DNA of 35,795 nt from Psychroflexus sp. (GCA_003565575.1 PXBV01000310.1:1-35795); one strand, 5' to 3'. Positions 8,963-19,774 are shown, counted from the stretch's first letter. Notes: generated by a model not told the origin, from the letters alone. Numbers and translations: made by a program.

Positions 8963-11900
8963 TATGCTACTATTTTTTGTCTTTGTTCTTGTTCTTTTTG
9001 TTCTAATATACGTTTGTAATCGTGAGGAATTATTTTAATAAATTGAGATTTTAACTCATCAAAATGTTCCAATATATAATTAGCTTTTTTACTTCCTGTG
9101 TACCTATGATGGTTTTCAATTAAGGTTTTAATTTCTTCAAAATTGGCATTAGAAGGCACTTCAAGCCCTACCATAGCTTTATTGCAATTGGCGTCAAAAG
9201 TATTTTTCTCATCAAAAACATAGGCAATACCGCCACTCATTCCAGCCGCAAAGTTTTTGCCTGTTTCTCCTAAAATCACTATTCTGCCACCCGTCATGTA
9301 TTCACAAGCATGATCTCCCACACCTTCTACTACGGCATTTACACCTGAGTTTCTGACAGCAAAACGCTCTCCTGCCATACCATTAATATAGGCTGTTCCT
9401 GAGGTAGCACCATAAAAGGCTACATTACCAATGATGATATTATCCGCGGCATCAAATGCTGAAGATGCTGACGGGTAAACTATAAGCTTTCCTCCAGATA
9501 AACCTTTTCCAAAGTAATCATTAGATTCTCCTTCTACTTCAAAAGTAACACCTTTTGCTAAGAACGAACCAAAACTTTGACCAGCAGAGCCTTCAAATTT
9601 AAAATGTAATGTATCATCTTCGAGTCCTTCAGCCTTGAATTTTTTGCTGATTTCATTTGATAAAATAGCTCCTGTAGAACGATTTATATTTTTAATTGAA
9701 TATGATTTTTTAACAGGGGTTGCGTTCTGTAATGCTGGAGCTGCATCTTCAAGAAGCTTCCAATCTAAAACATCATTAATTTCGTGTTCTTGATCAATTT
9801 GCTTGTAAACTCCTACTTGTTCAGCAATATTTTCCTGATAAAGGATTGGACTCAAGTCCAAATCCTTTAACTTCCAGAAAGGCACTTCTTTTCTTATTTT
9901 CATCACCTCAGAATGACCAACCATTTCACTTACTGTCTTAAATCCAAGTTGTGACATGATTTCTCTTAGGTCTTCTGCTAGAAATTTAAAGTAATTGACA
10001 ACGTGATCTGGATTACCTGTAAACAGTTTTCTCAATTCTGGATTCTGCGTTGCCACTCCAACTGGGCAGGTGTTAGTATGACATTTTCTCATCATTATAC
10101 AGCCTTCTACGATGAGTGCAGCTGTAGAAATCCCCCATTCTTCAGCGCCCAATAAAGTTGCAATTGCTAAGTCCCTTCCAGTTCTTAACTGACCATCAGC
10201 TTGAACTGTAATTCTACTTCTAAGGTTATTCTTAACTAAGGTCTGATGCGCTTCAGCTAGACCAAGTTCCCAAGGCAAGCCGGCATGTCTAATGGAACTT
10301 AAAGGAGAAGCCCCTGTTCCTCCATCTGCACCAGAAATCAACACTACGTCTGCATTGGCTTTAGAAACTCCTGCTGCAACTGTTCCTACTCCAGCTTGAG
10401 ACACTAGCTTCACATTAATTCTTGCGGCTCTATTGGCATTTTTTAAATCAAAGATAAGTTGTGCTAAATCTTCAATGGAATAAATATCATGGTGAGGAGG
10501 CGGTGAAATTAAACCTACACCTGGAGTTGAATGCCTAACCCTTCCAATCCAATCGTCAACTTTATGGCCTGGTAGTTGTCCACCTTCTCCAGGTTTTGCA
10601 CCTTGAGCCATTTTAATTTGTAGCTCATCTGCATTGGTTAAGTAATAACTTGTTACTCCAAAACGTCCAGAAGCTACTTGTTTTATAGCAGATCTTTCCC
10701 AATCTCCATTAGGTTTTACTTCAAATCTAACTTCATCTTCTCCACCTTCTCCACTGTTACTTTTGGCACCAATTCTGTTCATAGCAATTGCTAAGGTGGA
10801 ATGAGCCTCATGAGATATGGAACCAAAAGACATGGCGCCTGTTGCAAAGCGTTTCATGATAGACTCCACCGGTTCAACATCTGAAAGTGGAATAGGAGTT
10901 CTCTTCTTAAAATCAAACAGTCCTCTTAAGGTCAAAGAATCTTGCAATTGATCATTAACAGATTTGGCAAATTTTTTATAAAGTGAAAAATTGTCGGTTT
11001 GGGTAGATCTTTGAAGCAAGTGAATAGTCTCTGGATTAAAGAGGTGTTTTTCTCCCCTTTGTTTCCATTGGTAAACTCCACCTACTTCAAGACTTTTCTT
11101 CACTTCGTCATTGGAAGGAAAAGCCTTATGATGCCTTACTAAAACTTCTTTGGCGAGGCCATCAAAATCAATTCCTTCTATTCTAGATATGGTTCCCTTA
11201 AAGCATTTCTCAATTACTGTGGTATGTAGCCCTAGTGCCTCAAAAATTTGAGCACTTTGGTAGGACTGCACTGTGCTAATTCCCATTTTTGAAAGTATCT
11301 TCAAGAGACCATACCCAATAGCTTGTTGGTAATTTTCATGAGCTTGCTGGACAGTAATTTCTTTATCAAGTTTGCCTTTAGCTTGTAAATGTTCTATAGA
11401 CTGCAAAGCCAAATAAGGATGAACAGCACTTGCTCCATAACCAATTAAAGTAGCATAGTGATGCGTTTCTCTTACATCTCCACCTTGCACAATTATACCT
11501 GCTTTGGTTCTCAAATTCAATTTCACCAAATGGTGATGAATAGCACCTGTAGAAAGTAAGGATGGAATTGGCGCGTGATGTTTATCAATTTTTTTATCTG
11601 AAAGTATAAGCACTTTTTTACCTGATTTAACAGCTTTTTCTGCAGCTTTACATATTCCGTCAATTCCTTGTTCAAGACTTCCAGGTTGAGCATCAGCTTT
11701 AAAAACACAATCAATAAAAGCGTAATCAAAACCCTTTTCTTTTAATGTTTTAAATTTTTCAATATCTGAATCTAAAAGTACAGGTTGTGAAATATGTATT
11801 TGTTTGGTATGCAATTCCGTTTCATCCAAAATGTTCAGGCTTTCACCAACTCTTGTGAATAAAGACATAACCATTCGCTCTCGAATTGGGTCAATAGGAG

Positions 11901-13476
11901 GGTTACTTACTTGTGCAAAAAGCTGCTTAAAATAATTTGAAACGTGCTGACTTTGTTTGCTTAAAATAGCTAAAGGTGTGTCTGCACCCATTGAACCTAC
12001 AGGCTCTGTGGCTCTTACAGCCATATCTGCTAAAATAACTTTGAGCTCCTCTGAAGTGTAACCATAAGCATTTTGAAGCTTTAATAACTCTTCACTGCTT
12101 AAGACTTCTTTATTAAATTCTGGAGTGGGTTGTAATCTTAATTTTATACGTTGGTTGATAATCCATTTCTGATATGGCTTGTCTTTTACAATATTGTTCT
12201 TGATTTCATCGTCAAATAAAACTTTATTTTGGTTTAAATCTGCCAGAATCATTCGTCCAGGTTGAAGCCTTCCTTTTTTAACTATTTGGGAAGATTCTAC
12301 AGGCAATGCTCCAGCTTCAGAAGAAATAATGAGACGATTTGAGGTTGTAATGCAATATCTTGAAGGTCTAAGTCCATTTCTATCTAAGGTGGCTCCTACT
12401 CTACTTCCATCCGTAAAAATTAGAGCAGCTGGCCCATCCCAAGGTTCCATGATTGATGCATGGTATTTATAAAACGCTTTTCTATCTGGGTCTATAGATT
12501 TGTTGTCTTGCCAGGCTTCTGGAACCAGCATCATCATAACATGCTCGAGTGGTCGTCCATCTAGAACCAGCATTTCTACTAAACTATCTAAATTTGAAGA
12601 ATCTGAATGTTCTGGATTGGTGACTGGTAATAAACGCTTTAAGTCGTCTTCAGAAAACACCTTGGATTTAAAGTTAGCTTCTTTGGACTTCATTTTAGTT
12701 ACATTGCCTCGTATGGTATTGATTTCGCCGTTATGTGCTATAAAATGAAATGGTTGAGCAAGTTTCCAGTTAGGAAAGGTATTGGTAGAAAACCTAGAGT
12801 GAATAATAGCAAATGCAGACTTAAAATCTGGATTGCGTAAATCTTCATAATAAGCTCTTAATTGATTTGTTCTCAGCTGTCCTTTATATATAATTGTATT
12901 AATGGACATACTGCACACATAAAATGCTTTGTTATTTCCTTGAATATTATGACCGATATAATGCGTAGAATAATTTCTGAAGACAAACAACTTTCTTTCC
13001 AAGTCTTCATCCGTCATTTTGTATTTTGGCTGGATTAAAATTTGTTGAATAGAAGGTTCTACAGGTTTTGCACCCATTCCTGGTACTTTGGAATCTACTG
13101 GAACGGCTCTATATCCTAAAATCTCCAAGTCCAACTCTTCTGCATGTCTACTCAATACATCTTTACATTGATCAGCTACGCTTTTCACTTTTGGAAAAAA
13201 GAGCATACCAATTCCAACAGGCTTATGAGTTGAAACTTCCACATCAATTTCATCTGCTACACGTTTGATAAAGTCTTTATCTATTTGTATCAATATTCCT
13301 GCACCATCACCAGTTTCTGGATCTGCTCCAGTCCCACCACGATGCTCCATATTTTCCAGCATGGTTAAAGCATCGCTTATGAGTTGATGTTCTTTTTTAC
13401 CATCTACATTAATGACTGTTCCTATGCCACAGGCATCATGTTCAAAGCTCTTGTCGTACATTGAATCTCTTTTCAT
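8962..13476 (-). CDS. gltB: Glutamate synthase large subunit
   Basis: EHDACG N-terminal nucleophile site, HSRFSTNT, KMAQGAKPGEGGQLPG, CIMMRKCHTNTC 3Fe-4S motif, GXGXG C-terminal domain. Confidence 0.98.
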   Translation of the reverse strand: MKRDSMYDKSFEHDACGIGTVINVDGKKEHQLISDALTMLENMEHRGGTGADPETGDGAGILIQIDKDFIKRVADEIDVEVSTHKPVGIGMLFFPKVKSVADQCKDVLSRHAEELDLEILGYRAVPVDSKVPGMGAKPVEPSIQQILIQPKYKMTDEDLERKLFVFRNYSTHYIGHNIQGNNKAFYVCSMSINTIIYKGQLRTNQLRAYYEDLRNPDFKSAFAIIHSRFSTNTFPNWKLAQPFHFIAHNGEINTIRGNVTKMKSKEANFKSKVFSEDDLKRLLPVTNPEHSDSSNLDSLVEMLVLDGRPLEHVMMMLVPEAWQDNKSIDPDRKAFYKYHASIMEPWDGPAALIFTDGSRVGATLDRNGLRPSRYCITTSNRLIISSEAGALPVESSQIVKKGRLQPGRMILADLNQNKVLFDDEIKNNIVKDKPYQKWIINQRIKLRLQPTPEFNKEVLSSEELLKLQNAYGYTSEELKVILADMAVRATEPVGSMGADTPLAILSKQSQHVSNYFKQLFAQVSNPPIDPIRERMVMSLFTRVGESLNILDETELHTKQIHISQPVLLDSDIEKFKTLKEKGFDYAFIDCVFKADAQPGSLEQGIDGICKAAEKAVKSGKKVLILSDKKIDKHHAPIPSLLSTGAIHHHLVKLNLRTKAGIIVQGGDVRETHHYATLIGYGASAVHPYLALQSIEHLQAKGKLDKEITVQQAHENYQQAIGYGLLKILSKMGISTVQSYQSAQIFEALGLHTTVIEKCFKGTISRIEGIDFDGLAKEVLVRHHKAFPSNDEVKKSLEVGGVYQWKQRGEKHLFNPETIHLLQRSTQTDNFSLYKKFAKSVNDQLQDSLTLRGLFDFKKRTPIPLSDVEPVESIMKRFATGAMSFGSISHEAHSTLAIAMNRIGAKSNSGEGGEDEVRFEVKPNGDWERSAIKQVASGRFGVTSYYLTNADELQIKMAQGAKPGEGGQLPGHKVDDWIGRVRHSTPGVGLISPPPHHDIYSIEDLAQLIFDLKNANRAARINVKLVSQAGVGTVAAGVSKANADVVLISGADGGTGASPLSSIRHAGLPWELGLAEAHQTLVKNNLRSRITVQADGQLRTGRDLAIATLLGAEEWGISTAALIVEGCIMMRKCHTNTCPVGVATQNPELRKLFTGNPDHVVNYFKFLAEDLREIMSQLGFKTVSEMVGHSEVMKIRKEVPFWKLKDLDLSPILYQENIAEQVGVYKQIDQEHEINDVLDWKLLEDAAPALQNATPVKKSYSIKNINRSTGAILSNEISKKFKAEGLEDDTLHFKFEGSAGQSFGSFLAKGVTFEVEGESNDYFGKGLSGGKLIVYPSASSAFDAADNIIIGNVAFYGATSGTAYINGMAGERFAVRNSGVNAVVEGVGDHACEYMTGGRIVILGETGKNFAAGMSGGIAYVFDEKNTFDANCNKAMVGLEVPSNANFEEIKTLIENHHRYTGSKKANYILEHFDELKSQFIKIIPHDYKRILEQKEQEQRQKIVA

Positions 13477-13518
13477 ATTTTAAAATCTAATCTTTACACT
13501 AAGAAATAATTTTTAAAA

Positions 13519-13564
13519 TTAGTTAATTATAGAGAAAATACGCAAGGAAACTTAGTTAATTATA
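13519..13564. repeat. Perfect 13-bp direct repeat TTAGTTAATTATA upstream of gltB
   Basis: Copies at 13519-13531 and 13552-13564, period 33 bp. Confidence 0.6.
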
Positions 13565-13652
13565 TGTTTTTTTTGTTAAAACAAGAGTTTTGACAGATTC
13601 AATCGTTTTCGTAAAAAGAGATTTTTTTAAATTAAATTAAGTACACTTATAA

Positions 13653-14354
13653 TTAGTGGCACTCCATTGAAGAGGTTACTTCAGCTGAAGCAGGTTTAGG
13701 TGAAACATAAGGTATACCTAAACCTAAGCCTCTAAGAATAAAAAGGATACCTATTATGGCAACGGCGTATGGAATAATACGTTTGGGATTAAATTTTAAA
13801 ATCGATTTTAGCCAATCTTTGGCGTAAATGATAATGCTCATTAAAGGAATAGTTCCAAGGCCAAAAAACACCATATATAAAGAACTTTCTAATAAGCCTG
13901 AAATGGCGATAGAACCAAATACAGCAATATAAACTAGCCCACAAGGTAGTAGCCCATTTAACAATCCGATATAAAAAAAGGTATCTAATTCTTTCTTTTT
14001 TAAAGATGCACCTAGTTCAGATTTCAACTTCCCCACCCATCTAAAAACAGGTTTAGCGATGTTGAAATGACCTAAAATGGATTCAGAAAAAAGTAGTGTT
14101 GAAAGCATAATCACCCCTATTATAATGGAAAGTTGTTGTTGAAAACCAAATAAATTGAGGCTTTCTCCAATAATTCCCAATAATAAACCTAGGGATGCAT
14201 AGGTAAAAATTCTACCGAGGTGATATAATAAAATTTGAATAAACTTGCGCCAAGAATTAGTCCGGTCTACAGGTAACACAAGAGCAATAGGGCCACACAT
14301 TCCTACACAGTGAAAACTGCCAAGTATGCCTAATATGAGCGCCGTCCACAACAT
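13653..14354 (-). CDS. Sulfite exporter TauE/SafE / DsbD_2-family membrane protein (cbb3 accessory)
   Basis: GSFHCVGMCGP and NGLLPCGLVY motifs, last gene of the cco cluster. Confidence 0.9.
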   Translation of the reverse strand: MLWTALILGILGSFHCVGMCGPIALVLPVDRTNSWRKFIQILLYHLGRIFTYASLGLLLGIIGESLNLFGFQQQLSIIIGVIMLSTLLFSESILGHFNIAKPVFRWVGKLKSELGASLKKKELDTFFYIGLLNGLLPCGLVYIAVFGSIAISGLLESSLYMVFFGLGTIPLMSIIIYAKDWLKSILKFNPKRIIPYAVAIIGILFILRGLGLGIPYVSPKPASAEVTSSMECH

Positions 14355-14801
14355 TTATATCTTTATTTTTTTCTGAACAAAGTAATTTTTTTCTTCATAC
14401 TGAAACTTGAGATTCACTTCCCAGTTTCCAGATTTAAGTAAGGAACTTGGTAGTACGTAAGTATGACCTTCTAATACTAAATTAACTGTAAAATCTAAAG
14501 TTTTATCTGAAGGTCTGTACATAAATAATTCTGCTTTTATACCCTTGTAGTCAAAATCTGGCGGGAAATTGATTTCAACTCCATTTGCATCTGTAACAAC
14601 TTCAACTTGAGTTTCAAGATTTGCTGCGTTTTGTGCTGAATCTAAGTCGTCTTGAAAGGTAAGTTCCTTTTGATAGTAAGATTCAACTACCATATCATAT
14701 TCTAATTCTTTTTTTGACATCATTTGTACCACCATAAACATGATAAAACCAATAAATAGTACAAAAGCAATAACAATAGAAGTTCCCCAGTTTAATTTCA
14801 T
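14355..14801 (-). CDS. ccoH: FixH/CcoH family protein
   Basis: N-terminal TM helix, YYQKE..FQ and YRPSD motifs, position after ccoG. Confidence 0.85.
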   Translation of the reverse strand: MKLNWGTSIVIAFVLFIGFIMFMVVQMMSKKELEYDMVVESYYQKELTFQDDLDSAQNAANLETQVEVVTDANGVEINFPPDFDYKGIKAELFMYRPSDKTLDFTVNLVLEGHTYVLPSSLLKSGNWEVNLKFQYEEKNYFVQKKIKI

Positions 14802-14809
14802 AATTTCAT

Positions 14810-16225
14810 TTAGTTAAAGGATCTTGGTCCCATAAAGTTTGTAGATGTTCTGTCTATAATACGGTCTTTACTATAAACTTCAATTTCAATTTTGTTTTTA
14901 GAATCTTTGAGCAAAGCGGGTTCAATTTCAATGAAGAATGTTCCTTTTTCAGACCCACCTTTTTCTATAGAGAAATACTCATTTTTAACCATTTTGATTT
15001 CTCCTTTTATAGAATTAAGTCTAAAGTGCACACTATCCATCTCCGTATTGGTCTTGTTGAGAAGCCTATATGTAAATACATTAGAAACTTTTCCATTTTC
15101 GGTAATTTCAAAAAGTTGCCCGGGTAAACGTAAAACTTTAGCTTCTACATCACTTCTTATCAATAACAATCCTATAAGCAGTCCCGTTAAAATGGTCAAC
15201 ACAGCAGTGTAACCTTTTAGCCTTGGAGTGAACTCAAACTTGGCTTTTTTCTCAATATTTTCTTCACTAGCATAGCGAATAAGCCCTTTTGGTAAATTAA
15301 CGCTTTCCATTATAGAATCACATGCATCTATACAGGCTGTACAATTGACACATTCAAGCTGAGTTCCATTCCTAATGTCAATACCTGTAGGGCAAACGTG
15401 AACGCATTGTGCACATTCTATACAATCGCCAACACCTTCTACGGCTCTATCTTGATTTTTTTTGAATTTTTGCCTGCCTTTTTCCCGTTCTCCCCGCTTA
15501 TGATCATAGGCTACTACAATGGACTTATTATCTAAAAGCACACCTTGCAACCTACCATAAGGGCAAGCTATGATGCATACTTGCTCTCTAAACCAAGCAA
15601 AAATAAAGTAAAATACAGCAGTAAAGATGAGTAAAGGAATAAACGTACCAAGGTGGCTACTAGGACCATTAATGACGTATTTTATGAGCTGATCACTGCC
15701 GATAAGGTAAGCTAGAAAAATATTGGCAATCAAAAAAGAGATGATAGCAAACAGTGTCCATTTACTTCCTTTTTTAAGTATCTTTTCCTTATTCCATGGC
15801 ATTTTATCCAAACGAATTTGTTTACCTCTGTCGCCTTCAATAGCATATTCAATTCTTCTGAATACCATTTCCATAAAAATGGTTTGCGGGCATATCCATC
15901 CACAAAATATTCTACCAAAAGCTACAGTAAACAAGGCGATAAATACCACACCTATTATCATCGAAATGACAAACAAATAAAAATCCTGTGGCCAAAAGGG
16001 AAATCCGAAAATATTAAACTTTCGTTCTAGAACATTAAAAAGTAAAAATTGATTACCATTAATTTTAATAAATGGAGCGGAAAACAAAAAAAGAAGTAAG
16101 AAATAGCTCACATATGTTCTATATTTATAGAAAGCACCACTGGGCTTTTTTGGATACACCCAAGCGCGCTTGCCTTCAGCATCCATGGTACCAATACTAT
16201 CTCTAAATTTTTCTTGATTATCCAC
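14810..16225 (-). CDS. ccoG: Cytochrome c oxidase accessory 4Fe-4S protein (GTG start)
   Basis: GRIFCGWICPQT, CIIACPYGRLQ, CIECAQCVHVCPTGIDIR, CVNCTACIDAC. Confidence 0.95.
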   Translation of the reverse strand: MDNQEKFRDSIGTMDAEGKRAWVYPKKPSGAFYKYRTYVSYFLLLFLFSAPFIKINGNQFLLFNVLERKFNIFGFPFWPQDFYLFVISMIIGVVFIALFTVAFGRIFCGWICPQTIFMEMVFRRIEYAIEGDRGKQIRLDKMPWNKEKILKKGSKWTLFAIISFLIANIFLAYLIGSDQLIKYVINGPSSHLGTFIPLLIFTAVFYFIFAWFREQVCIIACPYGRLQGVLLDNKSIVVAYDHKRGEREKGRQKFKKNQDRAVEGVGDCIECAQCVHVCPTGIDIRNGTQLECVNCTACIDACDSIMESVNLPKGLIRYASEENIEKKAKFEFTPRLKGYTAVLTILTGLLIGLLLIRSDVEAKVLRLPGQLFEITENGKVSNVFTYRLLNKTNTEMDSVHFRLNSIKGEIKMVKNEYFSIEKGGSEKGTFFIEIEPALLKDSKNKIEIEVYSKDRIIDRTSTNFMGPRSFN

Positions 16226-16247
16226 CTCTATTACAGATTAAAAATTG

Positions 16248-17138
16248 CTATTCAGTTTCTTCTTCAACCCAAACCTCACCTTCAGGTGCTTTGGGGTCTG
16301 CTGGGGTTGTTCCTTGCAGTGTTAATACATAACTTGCTACCTGCTGGAGTTCATAAGGGCTAAAGTCATTCTTCCAAGCCACCATACCTTTGCCAGGTCG
16401 ACCTCCTTCTACAAGTGTTTTGTAAACATTTTTTATTCCACCTCCCAAAATCCAATGCTCATCTGTTAGGTTGGGACCAATTCCTCCGCCACCATCAGCT
16501 TTATGACAGGCAACACAGTTATTATCATAAATTTTCTTTCCAGCTTCAAGGTCTGATGATTCTTCCAAAACAGTTACCGTTTCGTATGTGATCAAATCTT
16601 TAGCCGTTTCTTTGTAACGAGCAATATCAATTTCTGCTTGCGCTACCTCAGCTTTATACTCTTCTATTTGTGTATAATCATTAAATACATGGAATCTAGC
16701 TAAATAAATAACTGCAAATACAATACTTGCATAAAAGCTATAAATCCACCATGGTGGTAACTTATTGTCAAGCTCTCGGATGCCATCATAATTATGATCT
16801 AAAGCAATATCTCCTTCTTCTTCAATAGGTCTTGACTTGGTAAGTAATTTAGGCAAGCGCTCAAAGATGGCTTTCAATTGGTTGGCCAATTTGTTTTCGG
16901 AGGCTAAGAATTTTTCTTGTTTCTCTACAGAAAGAGACCTAAATAAGGTAAATCTTAAAGCAGCCACAGAAACTTCTATCGCAATGGAGACTAATAGAAT
17001 AACGCCTACAAAAATTAGGGTTTTAGGAAATTCAATAATGGCTAACTGTCCCGGGTCTGTCTCGAAGAGAAGTTCAACTCCCCCCCAAGCTATAGCTGTA
17101 AGTGCTATGATTCTTAAAATTGATGCAAGATTTCTCAT
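16248..17138 (-). CDS. ccoP: cbb3-type cytochrome c oxidase subunit III
   Basis: DHNYDGIRELDNKLPPWW motif, single CVACH, GPNLTD. Confidence 0.92.
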   Translation of the reverse strand: MRNLASILRIIALTAIAWGGVELLFETDPGQLAIIEFPKTLIFVGVILLVSIAIEVSVAALRFTLFRSLSVEKQEKFLASENKLANQLKAIFERLPKLLTKSRPIEEEGDIALDHNYDGIRELDNKLPPWWIYSFYASIVFAVIYLARFHVFNDYTQIEEYKAEVAQAEIDIARYKETAKDLITYETVTVLEESSDLEAGKKIYDNNCVACHKADGGGGIGPNLTDEHWILGGGIKNVYKTLVEGGRPGKGMVAWKNDFSPYELQQVASYVLTLQGTTPADPKAPEGEVWVEEETE

Positions 17139-17320
17139 AATTGGTTATCGTTTTTTGAATCTAAAGGAATTTGACTAACCTCGTCTACGTAATCTTTTTT
17201 AGCTGTAAATACCCACCAAAAAAGAACTACAAAAAAGAGGAAAAAAATAAGCAGGGAAATGATGGGATAGATTTCTATCCCTTGTATCGTTTCCATATGT
17301 CCTTTTACAAATTTCAACAT
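17135..17320 (-). CDS. ccoQ: cbb3-type oxidase small subunit
   Basis: 61 aa with a single TM helix and C-terminal IPLD, located between ccoNO and ccoP. Confidence 0.85.
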   Translation of the reverse strand: MLKFVKGHMETIQGIEIYPIISLLIFFLFFVVLFWWVFTAKKDYVDEVSQIPLDSKNDNQL

Positions 17321-17331
17321 GATAAATTATT

Positions 17332-19527
17332 TTAGTTTGAAGCAGTCACTTCATCGTTAGACTTTATTTTAATATCTGTACCAAGTCTTTGCAGGTAAGC
17401 AATAAGAGCTACAATTTCTCTATTTCTCATCTCAACAAAGTCTAGGTTGTTTTCTTTTGCATAAGCTTTATCAGCTTCATAGGCTTTTACAAAATCTGGA
17501 TCGTTGTACAGGTTTGTTTCAATTTTTTCGCCTTGAGCTAGCATTGATGCTTGCGCATTTTCAATGTCTTCATCAGAATAAGGCACTCCTAAACTTGCCA
17601 TGGTTTTCAGTTTATCTTCCGTATTGGACTTGTTCAGTTCATTTTTAATCAGCCATTGGTAAGCTGGCATAATGGATCCTGAAGAAGTACTTTGTGGATC
17701 GTACATGTGGTTAAAATGCCAGTTATCTGAGTACTTTCCTCCTACTCTCAATAAGTCTGGACCTGTACGTTTACTTCCCCATAAGAAAGGTCTATCGTAA
17801 ACAAATTCTCCTGCTTTAGCATATTCTCCATAACGCTCAACTTCACTTCTAAAGGGTCTTACCATTTGGGAATGACACCCCACACAACCTTCTCTGATGT
17901 AGAGGTCACGCCCTTCAAGTTCTAAAGGAGTGTAAGGCTTCACTGTAGTTATTGTAGGAATATTAGATTTCACTAAAAGCGTAGGTATAATTTGAACAAT
18001 ACCACCTATTAATATAGCAACTGTAGCTAAAATGGTTAGTTGAATTGGCTTTCTTTCTAACCAAGTGTGGAACTTTTCTCCACTTCTTCTTCTACCACCA
18101 CGAGTTAATGCTGCTGCTTCTGCTAATTCATCTTCAACTTTGGATCCAGCTCTTGCAGTTCTTACTACATTGTACACCATGACTAAACTACCAATGATGT
18201 ATAACGAACCACCTATGGCTCTCATCCAATACATCGGCATAATTTCTGTAACGGTTTCTAAGAAGTTACCGTAGAATAAACTACCATCTGGATTGAACTG
18301 TTTCCACATAGAGGCTTGTAAGAACCCAGCAACATACATTGGCAGAGCATACATAACAATACCTAATGTGCCTAACCAAAAGTGAAGATTGGCCAAACCT
18401 GTAGAAAACAATTTAGTTTTAAAAAGCTTTGGAACAAGCCAATAAATCATACCAAAGGTTAAGAAACCATTCCAAGCCAAGGCTCCTACATGAACGTGAG
18501 CAATGATCCAGTCTGTAAAGTGTGCTATGGCATTTACGTTTTTCAGTGACAACATCGGCCCTTCAAAAGTTGCCATACCATAACCAGTAATTGCTACAAC
18601 AAAGAACTTTAAAACAGGGTCTGTTCTCACCTTATCCCAAGCTCCACGTAAGGTCAAAAGACCATTAATCATACCACCCCAAGACGGCATCAATAACATT
18701 ATAGAAAATGTAACACCTAAATTTTGCGCCCAATCTGGCAGTGCAGTATATAACAAATGGTGAGGTCCTGCCCAGATATAAATAAATATGAGCGACCAGA
18801 AGTGAATAATAGATAGTTTATAAGAATAGACAGGCCTGTTAGCTGCCTTAGGCACAAAATAATACATTAAGCCTAAAAATGGAGTAGTTAAAAAGAAGGC
18901 TACTGCATTATGACCATACCACCACTGTACAAGTGCATCTTGAACCCCTGCATAAGCAGAATAACTTTTCAAAAAGTTAACAGGTAAAGCTAAACTATTA
19001 AAAATATGAAGAACAGCTACGGTAACGAAAGTAGCCAAGTAAAACCAAATGGCTACATATAAATGACGCTGACGTCTCTTTAGTATGGTAGCAATCAAAT
19101 TCCACCCAAAAACAACCCATACCACAGCAATCATAATATCAATTGGCCACTCTAACTCTGCATACTCTTTAGAACTGGTAAAGCCTAAAGGCAATGTAAT
19201 AGCCGCAGCTACAATAATTAATTGCCAGCCCCAAAAGTTGATTTTGCTTAACACATCGCTAAACATTCTGGCTTTTAGCAGCCTTTGCGTAGAATAATAC
19301 ACCCCTGCAAAAATAGCATTACCTACAAAGGCAAAAATAACCGCATTGGTATGTAATGGTCTTAACCGACCAAAACTCAACCACGATATACCATCTGTAA
19401 CAGTTGGAAAAATAAACATAAATGCCAATAAAAGGCCAACAGACATTCCTACAATACCCCAAAAGATGGTAGCATATAGGAAGTTTTTTACGATTTTATT
19501 ATCGTAATGAAATTGCTGTAACTCCAT
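17332..19527 (-). CDS. ccoNO: Fused cbb3-type cytochrome c oxidase subunit I/II
   Basis: GRLRPLHT, WWYGHNAV, WAGPHH and HVH (CcoN), followed by EGCVGCHSQMVRP and WGSKRTGPDL (CcoO). Confidence 0.97.
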   Translation of the reverse strand: MELQQFHYDNKIVKNFLYATIFWGIVGMSVGLLLAFMFIFPTVTDGISWLSFGRLRPLHTNAVIFAFVGNAIFAGVYYSTQRLLKARMFSDVLSKINFWGWQLIIVAAAITLPLGFTSSKEYAELEWPIDIMIAVVWVVFGWNLIATILKRRQRHLYVAIWFYLATFVTVAVLHIFNSLALPVNFLKSYSAYAGVQDALVQWWYGHNAVAFFLTTPFLGLMYYFVPKAANRPVYSYKLSIIHFWSLIFIYIWAGPHHLLYTALPDWAQNLGVTFSIMLLMPSWGGMINGLLTLRGAWDKVRTDPVLKFFVVAITGYGMATFEGPMLSLKNVNAIAHFTDWIIAHVHVGALAWNGFLTFGMIYWLVPKLFKTKLFSTGLANLHFWLGTLGIVMYALPMYVAGFLQASMWKQFNPDGSLFYGNFLETVTEIMPMYWMRAIGGSLYIIGSLVMVYNVVRTARAGSKVEDELAEAAALTRGGRRRSGEKFHTWLERKPIQLTILATVAILIGGIVQIIPTLLVKSNIPTITTVKPYTPLELEGRDLYIREGCVGCHSQMVRPFRSEVERYGEYAKAGEFVYDRPFLWGSKRTGPDLLRVGGKYSDNWHFNHMYDPQSTSSGSIMPAYQWLIKNELNKSNTEDKLKTMASLGVPYSDEDIENAQASMLAQGEKIETNLYNDPDFVKAYEADKAYAKENNLDFVEMRNREIVALIAYLQRLGTDIKIKSNDEVTASN

Positions 19528-19529
19528 AG

Positions 19530-19730
19530 TTATGATTGTTTTTGTTGATTATTTGAATTTTTATTTTGAGTTTTTGGATTCTCCTTAACCAGTTCATCGT
19601 CAAAAAGCATTCTTACAGAAGGTGTATAGTCATCATCAAATTGTCCCTTTTTTACCGAAAAGATAAATAGTACAAAAAAAACGAGCGCTACAAGAATACT
19701 AATCGCTAAAAGTCCGTAAATGACATTCAT
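19530..19730 (-). CDS. ccoS: cbb3 oxidase assembly protein
   Basis: TM helix followed by GQFDD..TPSVRML. Confidence 0.92.
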   Translation of the reverse strand: MNVIYGLLAISILVALVFFVLFIFSVKKGQFDDDYTPSVRMLFDDELVKENPKTQNKNSNNQQKQS

Positions 19731-19774
19731 TTTATATTTTTTTTCAAAATTACACGTGAACTCTGCCTTAAAAA

